From: Parcubacteria group bacterium
GTDB taxonomy: Bacteria; Patescibacteriota; Minisyncoccia; UBA10092
DNA: 64,000 bases
Reading direction: 5' to 3'
NCBI GenBank assembly: GCA_016188835.1
Contig: JACPHB010000006.1
Location: 1,877 to 65,876 of the forward strand
The translations under genes were made by a program, and so were the position numbers. Below are positions 36,737-44,584 of the stretch, piece after piece. Positions within the stretch are counted from its first letter, which is position 1, and the number at the start of each line of letters is the position of its first letter. Under the pieces are notes generated by a model. It was not told the origin of the DNA. It searched no databases and worked only from the letters and a program-made list of their open reading frames with translations.

Positions 36737-37865
36737 ACAAAACGGTAATTTTTGGCTGGCGGTTTTTTCTCTTGTCGGCACCACTATCGGCGCCGGCATT
36801 TTTAGTTTGCCTTACGCTTTTTTTAAATCCGGCTTTCTTATTGGATTTTTAGAGTTTGTCGCTCTTGTTGCCGCGGTTTTATTGATCCAACTAATTATTG
36901 GCGAAATTGCTTTAAGAACCAAAGGGAAAAAACGCTTTATCGGATATGCCGAGCAGTATCTCGGCTACAGGTGGAAATTATTTGTAACCATTTCAACTCT
37001 TTTAGGAGGAATTGGCGTTATTTTGGTTTACATAATTTTAGCCGGCAATTTTCTTTCATTTATTATCGGTAAAAGCGCTGTCTCAAGTTCTTTAATTTTT
37101 TTTGCTGTTTGGTTTTTATTTATCTTGACTAAACCAAGAATATTCGGCAAAACCGAATTAATTTTTAGTTTTTCAATAATTTCAATTATTATATTGATTT
37201 CATCGTTTAATATCGGTTATATAAATTTTAATAATTTTAAAGATTTTAATGTCGATAATGTTCTTTTGCCTTACGGCGTTATTTTATTCGCCATTTCTGG
37301 TTATTATGTAATACCGGAAATGGAAGATATAATAGGAACTTCAAAACGAAAATTAAAAAAAGCCATAATTTTTGGCACTCTCATTCCCGCAGCTGTATAC
37401 TTGTTTTTTATTTTTATCGTTTTGGGTGTCTCTGGCAGTTTAACTTCGCCCGACGCCATTTCTGGTCTGGCCGGCGCTTCAAATTCAAAAATAACTCTTT
37501 TGCTCGGATCGTTTTTAGGGCTTTTAGCGGTTTCTGAAGCTTCGCTGAGTTATGGAATATATATCAAAGAAACGCTTTGGTACGACTTTAAAATTAACAA
37601 ATGGCTGGCATGGTTTCTAACCGGAGCGGCTCCTTTAGCGTTGTTTTTAATGGGGGCAAGAAATTTAATAATGATCATCGGTATTGTCGGCGCTTTATTT
37701 TTCGCTTTTCATGCCATTGTCGTTTTATTGATCCATAAAAAATCAAAATCGTCGGAAATTAAACCTGATTATGAGATAAAACTGCCGAATTTTGTTTATT
37801 ATTTAGTCGGGCTCGCGGCGATTTTTGGAGCTTTGCTTGAGGTTTGGTATAGTTTGTCCCTATAG
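36723..37865 (+). CDS. amino acid permease (aromatic amino acid / Trp-Tyr permease-like, about 11 TM)
   Basis: N-terminal FWLAVFSLVGTTIGAGIFSLPYAF signature; polytopic. Confidence 0.7.
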   Translation: MAENKQNGNFWLAVFSLVGTTIGAGIFSLPYAFFKSGFLIGFLEFVALVAAVLLIQLIIGEIALRTKGKKRFIGYAEQYLGYRWKLFVTISTLLGGIGVILVYIILAGNFLSFIIGKSAVSSSLIFFAVWFLFILTKPRIFGKTELIFSFSIISIIILISSFNIGYINFNNFKDFNVDNVLLPYGVILFAISGYYVIPEMEDIIGTSKRKLKKAIIFGTLIPAAVYLFFIFIVLGVSGSLTSPDAISGLAGASNSKITLLLGSFLGLLAVSEASLSYGIYIKETLWYDFKINKWLAWFLTGAAPLALFLMGARNLIMIIGIVGALFFAFHAIVVLLIHKKSKSSEIKPDYEIKLPNFVYYLVGLAAIFGALLEVWYSLSL

Positions 37866-37927
37866 CTCAACGGACAGAGCGCAACCCTCCGAAGGTTGAG
37901 ATCAAGGTTCAATTCCTTGTAGGGGCA
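37856..37927 (+). tRNA. tRNA-Arg (anticodon CCG)
   Basis: Cloverleaf folded by hand: acceptor gtcccta/taggggc (one G-U), D-arm gctc-aacggaca-gagc, anticodon arm caacc-cuCCGaa-gguug, T-arm caagg-TTCAATT-ccttg, discriminator A; CCA not encoded. Confidence 0.8.
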
Positions 37928-37949
37928 CAAATATGTTAAAATAAAATGT

Positions 37950-38564
37950 ATGTTTTCAATATTCATTAATAAGGTCATAAGGGTTTTGGTGATGGGCGAT
38001 ATTATGTTTTTTTCCGCCTTCGGGTTAATCGGCCCGATTTTTGCCGTTTTCGTTACCCAGCAGATTACTGGCGCTACTATTGCCACTGCCGGATTTGCCG
38101 CCACAATAAATCTTTTAACCAGAGCTTTGCTACAAATGCCTATTGCTCGATATATAGATCGCCATAAAGGCGAAAAAGACGATTTTCTTTTTATGGTTGC
38201 CGGATCGGTTTTAATCAGCATCGTGCCCTTTGTTTATTTATTCATAACAACGCCCACTCATTTATATATAGCGCAAGTTATCTTGGGTATTGGAGGGGCA
38301 TTAGCTAACCCGGGTTGGTACGCGATTTTTACGCGCCATATTGATAAAGAAAAAGAAGGCACCGAATGGACTTTAGAAAACGTTGGGATAGGCCTTGCTT
38401 CCGCAGGAGCTGCTGCCTTGGGTGGCATTATGGCGGAACGTTTTGGTTTTCAGAATCTTTTTTTGATCGTCGGTGTCTTGTCTTTAGTCGGCTTAATAAT
38501 CCAGATTTCACTTTACAGTACGGTTATTGAATTGGATCACGGCGGGAATCCGGAGAAAAAATAA
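37950..38564 (+). CDS. half-size MFS-like protein (single 6-TM MFS domain with motif A-like IARYIDRHKGEK); possibly truncated
   Basis: Six predicted TM helices; DRxGRK-like loop between TM2 and TM3; PolX starts 7 nt after its stop, so no second half. Confidence 0.5.
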   Translation: MFSIFINKVIRVLVMGDIMFFSAFGLIGPIFAVFVTQQITGATIATAGFAATINLLTRALLQMPIARYIDRHKGEKDDFLFMVAGSVLISIVPFVYLFITTPTHLYIAQVILGIGGALANPGWYAIFTRHIDKEKEGTEWTLENVGIGLASAGAAALGGIMAERFGFQNLFLIVGVLSLVGLIIQISLYSTVIELDHGGNPEKK

Positions 38565-38570
38565 ATTTTC

Positions 38571-40328
38571 ATGATCAGCAACCGTGAAATTTCAAAAATA
38601 CTCTACGAAATAGGAGAATATCTTGAAATAAAAGGAGTAATGTTTAAACCTCGGGCTTATGAAAAAGCGGGTTATTCCGTTGAAAATTTAGAAGAGGAGG
38701 TCGCAGAGATTTATAAAAAAAACGGCTTAAAAGCGGTAGAAGACATTCCCGGCATCGGTGTTTCTATAGCTCTTAAAGTTGAAGAACTTTTAAAAACCGG
38801 CCGTTTAAAATATTATGAAAAATTAAAAAAATCTTTTCCGGTTAAAATTGGAGAACTTTCAGCTATTGAAGGCATGGGGCCGAAAATGATTTTTAAGCTT
38901 TACAAGAAACTTAAAATTCGTAGCATAAAAGATTTAGAAAAAGCGGCCGGGGCTGGGAAAATCGCTGTGATTGCCGGTTTTGGGAAAAAAACCGAAGAAA
39001 AGATTTTAAAAGGCATTGAATTTTTAAGAAAATCAGGCGGCCGATTTTTACTTGGTGTTGTTTTGCCGCAAGCCAGATCAATTGAAAATCGTCTTAAAGA
39101 ATTAAAGCATGTAAACAGGGTCGCGATTGCCGGTTCGCTCCGGAGAATGCAGGAAACAATCGGCGACCTTGATTTTTTAGTAACTTCAAAAAAACCGAAA
39201 GAAGTAATGAAATTTTTTGTTTCTATGCCAGAAATATCGCATATTTATTCGCAGGGGCAAACCAAAACAATGGTTCGACTAAAAAGTGGAATTGATGCCG
39301 ACTTGCGAGTTATACCAGATATTAGTTTTGGCGCTGCTTCACAGTATTTTACCGGAGACAAACGCCACAATATAACCATTCGCGCTTTAGCCGAGCGCAA
39401 AGGTTTTAAACTAAACGAATACGGTCTGTGGCGGGGTGAAAAACTTATTGCGGGGGAAACGGAAGAGGAAATTTACAAGTCGCTCGGCATGGTGACACCA
39501 TCGCCGGAAATAAGAAACGATTCTGGAGAAATTCAAGTAGCACTGCAAAATAAACTTCCAAAACTTATCGGATACGGCGATGTGAGAGGGGATTTGCAAG
39601 TTCAAACAAACTGGACCGATGGCGAAAATTCCATTGAGGAAATGGCAGAAAGCGCGAAAAGCGCAGGCTTGGAATATATCGCCATAACTGATCACACCAA
39701 AAGTTTGGCGATGACCGGCGGTGCCGATGAAAAGAAATTATTAAAGCAGATGGCCGAGATTGATCAGTTAAATTCTAAATTTCAAGCTCTAAATTCCAAG
39801 TTCCGAATATTAAAAGGTGCCGAAGTTAATATTTTAAAAGACGGCATGCTCGATATAAAAGATGAGGTTTTGGCAAAACTGGATGTTGTTGGCATAGCGG
39901 TTCATTCACATTTTAATCTTTCTCGGGCTGAACAAACCAAAAGAATTATTAAAGCGATGAAAAACAAAAACGCCGATATATTGTTTCACCCGACCGGCCG
40001 TTTGATCCAAAAACGGGAACCTTACGATGTTGATGTTGAAGAAATCATAAAAGTAGCGAAAGAAACAGGAACGATTTTGGAAATTGATGCCGATCCGTAC
40101 CGTTTGGATTTAAAAGATGAATATATAAGGAAAGCGGTTGCGGCCGGCGTTAAACTGTCTATTAATACCGATGCTCACTCTAAAAATAGTTTTCACTATC
40201 TGGAATTTGGCATTGCCCAGGCGCGCCGCGGCTGGGCGGGTAAAAACGACATTATAAATACTCGGCCATGGCCGGAGATGTTAAAATTATTAAAAACAAA
40301 ACAAAATATAAAAAATAAAATTGCTTAG
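38571..40328 (+). CDS. polX: DNA polymerase X family protein with C-terminal PHP phosphoesterase domain
   Basis: N-terminal HhH/pol-beta-like domain, GDLD-type nucleotidyltransferase region, PHP His-rich motifs (ITDHT, HSHF, NTDAHS). Confidence 0.85.
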   Translation: MISNREISKILYEIGEYLEIKGVMFKPRAYEKAGYSVENLEEEVAEIYKKNGLKAVEDIPGIGVSIALKVEELLKTGRLKYYEKLKKSFPVKIGELSAIEGMGPKMIFKLYKKLKIRSIKDLEKAAGAGKIAVIAGFGKKTEEKILKGIEFLRKSGGRFLLGVVLPQARSIENRLKELKHVNRVAIAGSLRRMQETIGDLDFLVTSKKPKEVMKFFVSMPEISHIYSQGQTKTMVRLKSGIDADLRVIPDISFGAASQYFTGDKRHNITIRALAERKGFKLNEYGLWRGEKLIAGETEEEIYKSLGMVTPSPEIRNDSGEIQVALQNKLPKLIGYGDVRGDLQVQTNWTDGENSIEEMAESAKSAGLEYIAITDHTKSLAMTGGADEKKLLKQMAEIDQLNSKFQALNSKFRILKGAEVNILKDGMLDIKDEVLAKLDVVGIAVHSHFNLSRAEQTKRIIKAMKNKNADILFHPTGRLIQKREPYDVDVEEIIKVAKETGTILEIDADPYRLDLKDEYIRKAVAAGVKLSINTDAHSKNSFHYLEFGIAQARRGWAGKNDIINTRPWPEMLKLLKTKQNIKNKIA

Positions 40329-40385
40329 CCCCACCCCGCCTGCGGCGGGGCGGCTCGCCCCCACCTACAATTTTATTTTTTATAT
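40326..40385 (+). terminator. rho-independent terminator (ccccgcc-tgc-ggcgggg hairpin, then T-rich tail)
   Basis: GC hairpin immediately after the polX stop, followed by ttttatttttt. Confidence 0.55.
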
Positions 40386-40410
40386 TTTGTTTCTTAACAT
40401 TATTATCACC

Positions 40411-40662
40411 ATGATTCATTTTAAGAAAAAAGTTTTTGAAGCGGTTAAAAAAATTCCCCAAGGGAAAACCGCGACTTATAAAGAAGTCGCGGTTTTGGCC
40501 GGCCGACCGCGCGCTTGGCGCGCGGTCGGTAATATTTTAAGCAAGAATTTTAACCCCAAAATTCCTTGCTATCGGGTAATCCGTTCTGATGGCAAAATCG
40601 GCGGCTACAACCGCGGCGTTTCAAATAAGAAGTTACTACTTAAAAAAGAGGGAGCAAAATAA
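40411..40662 (+). CDS. minimal MGMT-family protein (methylated-DNA-protein-cysteine methyltransferase DNA-binding/active-site domain only, 83 aa)
   Basis: TYKEVA..GRPRAWRAVGNIL..NPKIPCYRVIRSDGKIGGY = Ogt C-terminal domain with the PCxRV active-site Cys; the longer ORF from 40321 would run through the upstream terminator. Confidence 0.7.
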   Translation: MIHFKKKVFEAVKKIPQGKTATYKEVAVLAGRPRAWRAVGNILSKNFNPKIPCYRVIRSDGKIGGYNRGVSNKKLLLKKEGAK

Positions 40663-40755
40663 AACCAAGTAAAATTTTTAAAATTGTAGGCGGGGTCGTG
40701 CCGTTCGCCGAAGGCGAATGGGGCTACGACAATTTTAAAAATTTTACTTGGTTTT
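40661..40755. terminator. long palindromic terminator-like element, copy 2: perfect 27-bp IR arms (aaaaccaagtaaaatttttaaaattgt) around the core aggcggggtcgtgccgTTCGCCgaagGGCGAAtggggctacg; the right arm is the 3' end of rplT
   Basis: Perfect inverted repeat; shared core with 21336-21400 and 52598-52638; lies between the convergent MGMT and rplT genes. Confidence 0.65.
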
Positions 40756-41088
40756 ATTTATTATCTCTTTAAAAATTTCCGGATACTCGCGCGCCAATTC
40801 CGATAAAACTTTTCTATCAAGCTCTATATTTGATTTTTTTAAGCCATGCATAAATTTGCTGTAATTTAATCCATGTTCACGGGCGGCGGCGTTGAGCTGG
40901 ATTTGCCACAAGCCTCTTGCGGTTCTTTTTTTAACCCGCCGATCACGATATGCGTGAGTCCACGCGTGAAGCAAAGCTTCTTTAGCAGCCCGTTCTTTTG
41001 ACTTACGGCCCCACTTGAAACCTTTCGTGTATTTTAAAATTTTTTCCCGCCTTTTTAAGGCGATTTTTCCTCGTTTAACTCTAGGCAT
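40744..41088 (-). CDS. rplT: 50S ribosomal protein L20
   Basis: MPRVKRG..KRRE.ILK..KGF.G highly conserved L20 N-terminus. Confidence 0.9.
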   Translation of the reverse strand: MPRVKRGKIALKRREKILKYTKGFKWGRKSKERAAKEALLHAWTHAYRDRRVKKRTARGLWQIQLNAAAREHGLNYSKFMHGLKKSNIELDRKVLSELAREYPEIFKEIINKTK

Positions 41089-41275
41089 AAGGTATATATT
41101 GTTTAAATAATTTTGTATCCGATTTTTTAATTAACGCGCTTCTGTGCTTTAAACGACCTTTTTTACCCGAATCTTTAGCATTAAAATGCGATTGATTAGT
41201 TGCTCGTCTTATTAATTTGCCTTTTCCGCTTATTTTTAACCGGCTGAGTATTGATTTGTTGGTTTTTTGTTTCAT
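41081..41275 (-). CDS. rpmI: 50S ribosomal protein L35
   Basis: MKQKTNKS...KGRLKHRSAL; 64 aa; position within infC-rpmI-rplT. Confidence 0.85.
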   Translation of the reverse strand: MKQKTNKSILSRLKISGKGKLIRRATNQSHFNAKDSGKKGRLKHRSALIKKSDTKLFKQYIPYA

Positions 41276-41303
41276 TTTGGGTTTTCATTTTAATAAATCT
41301 TTA

Positions 41304-41814
41304 TTATTGTTTTATTATGGCAACATTCCATCCTCGCGGATGTTTTTTCAGTTCAGAAATAATTTTTACTGGTATGGTTATTATTTTTAAAAAATCTTCT
41401 ATTTTTTTCTTTGCTAAATCAGAAAAAGTTTTTTGATATTTGGCGCGGCCCTTTAGGACTAAATCTATCTGAACCCGCAATCCTTCGTTTAAGAATTCAT
41501 CGGTTTTTTTAGCTTTAATTTTCATATCGTTTAACCCGGTATTTAAATTTAACCGGATAACTTTCAGTAAATCCTTTTTCTGTTTAGCCCTTTGCTTTCG
41601 CCATTCTTTTTCTTCGCGGTAAAGATATTTGCCGTAATCCATAATTCTTGCGACCGGCGGTTTAGCCATTGGCGCCACTTCAATTAAGTCAAGATCTTTA
41701 CTCCCCGCCAACTTCAAAGCTTCTTCACGGCTCATTATTCCGACTTGATTGCCTTCTTCATCAGCTACTCGTAATTCCGGCGCGGTTATTTGATTGTTTA
41801 CTTTGAGTTTTTTG
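41304..41814 (-). CDS. infC: translation initiation factor IF-3; probable non-AUG (AUC/AUA) start upstream of the annotated Met
   Basis: C- and N-domain motifs (VARIMDYGK...); the conserved N-terminal residues KKLKVNNQITAPELRVADEEGNQVGI are in frame upstream of the first ATG and bounded by a stop, as in canonical autoregulated infC. Confidence 0.75.
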
Positions 41815-42016
41815 ATAGAATATTTTGATTAAATTTAATATGCTGAATATTAATTGGTTTCTATAAAAAAGTCAAACATTTGAGAGATTTTTGTTGTGCC
41901 CCTCGACTATCGCTCAGGGCACTCGTCTCAAAACAAAAACCAGAAACAAGTTTCTGGTTTTTGTTTTCGCTGTGGTTTACCACGAGCGAACATTGCCAAA
42001 AGCAATGTGAGTCGAG

Positions 42017-42456
42017 TGGAAGTGGCGAGAGTTGAACTCGCATCTAGAATTTAGCAATTAAACATATCTACAGGCGATAGGCTATTTATTGTTTTAGAAA
42101 TCTTTCTTAAAACAGCCAAAATAAAAGATTCCCGTTTCTTCTTTGGTTCTATCCGAATCGAAGAATTTTCGGATTAAAGCCTAATGGTTGACACCGGTAT
42201 TGTCCTATTAGACATCAGACAGCCGATGCCCTCCTACGTTAAAACTTCGGAGGGTGAAACCCGCTTAAGCAAAAGCGAAAGCAGGAGTTAGATTTGTTTT
42301 GGCAGTTATTTTCTGCTTTGCCCTCCATAGCTTTACGCGAAGGAGGGCAATCTCGGGGATTGTCGCATCCCGCTGAGCGGGACGGAATTTCGAGGTTACG
42401 AGATATCCTCGGCCTGCATATTTAATTTTAAAATTCTATCGAAGCCCATCACCCCC
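42017..42456 (-). ncRNA. ssrA: tmRNA (ssrA): tRNA-like 5' GGGGGUGAUGGGCUUCGA.., 3' GCGAGUUCAACUCUCGC-CACUUCC-A; predicted tag reading frame at 42265-42303 (AKTNLTPAFAFA*)
   Basis: Minus-strand 5' end and T-arm/acceptor 3' end match tmRNA consensus (E. coli GGGGCUGAUUCUGGAUUCGAC.. / GCGGGUUCAACUCCCGCCAGCUCCACCA); AUAACU-GCC resume context like E. coli AUAGUC-GCA; directly adjacent to smpB. Confidence 0.75.
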
Positions 42457-42457
42457 A

Positions 42458-42901
42458 TTATTGTTTCAACTCGCGTTCTATTTTTCTTGCGGCTTCTCTT
42501 TTTGAAATTACCGCTCTTTTGTCATATTGCTTTTTTCCCCTGACCAAGCCAATTTCAATTTTGATTCTTCGGCCTTTATTATAAACCTTTAATGGCACCA
42601 AAGTCAACCCCTTTTGTTTTGTTTTACCGGAAATGTAATCAATTTCTTTTTTATTCAAAAGCAATTTTCTGGTGCGAGACGGATCATAGTCAGACGGCTG
42701 ATTTTTTGGCTGATAAGGAGCAATTGAGGCGCCAATCAGGTGAGGTTCGCCATTATGAAAATTAACATAAGATCCGGCTAGATTCATCCGTCCTCCCCTT
42801 ATTGATTTAACCTCGGCGCCGGACAACACCAAACCGGCCTCGAATTTTTCAAGGATTTCATAATCAAAATAAGCTTTTCTGTTTTCAGCAAGTGCGCTCA
42901 T
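42458..42901 (-). CDS. smpB: SsrA-binding protein SmpB
   Basis: YFDYEILEKFEAGLVLSGAEVKS, GASIAPY motifs. Confidence 0.9.
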   Translation of the reverse strand: MSALAENRKAYFDYEILEKFEAGLVLSGAEVKSIRGGRMNLAGSYVNFHNGEPHLIGASIAPYQPKNQPSDYDPSRTRKLLLNKKEIDYISGKTKQKGLTLVPLKVYNKGRRIKIEIGLVRGKKQYDKRAVISKREAARKIERELKQ

Positions 42902-42957
42902 AAAGTAAATATATCAGATACTTCTAATTTTTCCCAAATTTAGTTAATATTATATTA

Positions 42958-44580
42958 ATGATAGAACTAATTAAAACGCTATTAGCCGACATAACGAGAA
43001 AAATAGCTCCCAATTTCACTGGCGAAATTGTTGTTAAAATAACGGAAAATAAAAATCAAGGCGATTACACTTCAAACGTTGCTTTTGCTTTGTCAAAAAT
43101 TCTAAAAAAATCATCGCAAATAGCGGCAGAGGAATTGGTAAAAAAGCTCAAGTTTTCTACAGCGGGCAAGAAAGAATTTTCTAAAATTGAAGCTCAAAAC
43201 GGTTTTATAAACTTTTTTCTTTCAGAAAATTGTTTAAAGCATCAACTTGAGGAAATTTTAAGGTTAAAAAATAAATACGGAAATTCCAATATTGGCAAAA
43301 ATTGTAAAACTCAAATCGAGTTCATTTCCGCTAATCCAACTGGGCCTTTAACTATCGGTAATGGCCGGGGTGGATTTTACGGCGATGTTCTGGCGAATGT
43401 TTTGAAAACACAAGGGTATAAGATTACCAGAGAATTTTATATAAACGACAGGGGCGGCCAAATTTTGGCTCTTGGCAGGTCAATTAAATTGGCGCGGGGT
43501 GAGAAGTTAGATTTAGAAAAAACCGAATCAGAAAATTTATATAGGGGCGATTATATAAATGCCTTGGCGGAACAGATAGATAAAAATTTAAGCGTTGAAG
43601 AAACGGGGCAAAGAGCAGTTGATTTAATTTTAAGTACACACATAAAACCGGTTATAAAAAAATTGGGGATAAAATACAATGTTTGGTTTTCCGAGAAATC
43701 TTTATACAAGAACGGAATCTATCAAAGAGTAATGGGTGATTTAATGCAAAAAGATTTAATTTATGAAGCGGACGGAGCGACTTGGATGAAAACATCAGAA
43801 TTGGGCGACAGCGAAGACAGGGTCTTGATAAAAAGTAATGGCGACGAAACATATTTTATGTCCGACATTCTTTATCATTTGAATAAATTTGAAATAAGGA
43901 AGTTTGATAAGGTTATTGATGTTTGGGGGGCCGATCATCATGGCGATATGCTACGGTTATCTGGTGTTTTAAAGGTTTTAGGTGTTGATTTGGGACGACT
44001 TATAATATTGCTTAATCAATTTGTGCGTCTTGTTTTGGGCGGAAAAGAATTTAAGTTTTCAAAGCGCGCCGGAACTTTTATAACCCTTGAAGAATTAGTT
44101 GATGAAGTGGGGCTTGATGCCACCAGATTTTTCTTTTTGATGTACTCGATCAATACCCATATGGATTTTGATCTGGCGCTTGCAAAGGAACGATCGCAGA
44201 AAAATCCGGTTTATTACGTTCAATACGCTCATGCGAGAATCACGAGTATTCTCGTTAAAATCAAAAATCAAAAATCAAAAATCAAAATTACAAATCAAAA
44301 TTTAAAATTATTAAATACCGAACCGGAATTAAATTTAATGAGAAAATTAATAGAGTTGCCCGAAATTTTAATTGATATCTCAAAAAATTACGAAGTCCAC
44401 CGACTGCCGCGATACGCGTTGGAGTTGGCACGGGAATTCCACAATTTTTACGAAAAAGAACGGGTAATTACCGAAGATAAAAACTTAACAATAGCTCGTT
44501 TGTCATTAGTCATGGCGACAAAAATTGTTTTGGCAAATACGTTAAACTTGATGGGTATTAAATCTCCTGATAAGATGTAA
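42958..44580 (+). CDS. argS: arginyl-tRNA synthetase
   Basis: ISANPTGPLTIGNGRGG (HIGH-region analogue); C-terminal DALR anticodon-binding domain (YVQYAHAR). Confidence 0.9.
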   Translation: MIELIKTLLADITRKIAPNFTGEIVVKITENKNQGDYTSNVAFALSKILKKSSQIAAEELVKKLKFSTAGKKEFSKIEAQNGFINFFLSENCLKHQLEEILRLKNKYGNSNIGKNCKTQIEFISANPTGPLTIGNGRGGFYGDVLANVLKTQGYKITREFYINDRGGQILALGRSIKLARGEKLDLEKTESENLYRGDYINALAEQIDKNLSVEETGQRAVDLILSTHIKPVIKKLGIKYNVWFSEKSLYKNGIYQRVMGDLMQKDLIYEADGATWMKTSELGDSEDRVLIKSNGDETYFMSDILYHLNKFEIRKFDKVIDVWGADHHGDMLRLSGVLKVLGVDLGRLIILLNQFVRLVLGGKEFKFSKRAGTFITLEELVDEVGLDATRFFFLMYSINTHMDFDLALAKERSQKNPVYYVQYAHARITSILVKIKNQKSKIKITNQNLKLLNTEPELNLMRKLIELPEILIDISKNYEVHRLPRYALELAREFHNFYEKERVITEDKNLTIARLSLVMATKIVLANTLNLMGIKSPDKM

Positions 44581-44584
44581 ACCT

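Noticed and set aside
40321-40410. N-terminal extension of the MGMT ORF (MLSPTPPAAGRL...)
   Set aside because: The extension is translated from the GC-hairpin terminator of polX and from AT-rich spacer. The conserved domain begins at the Met at 40411.
42235-42262. RNase P-like AGGGTGAAA motif
   Set aside because: It falls inside, and on the opposite strand of, the tmRNA. No other RNase P conserved regions (GGAAAGTCCGGGC and others) are present.
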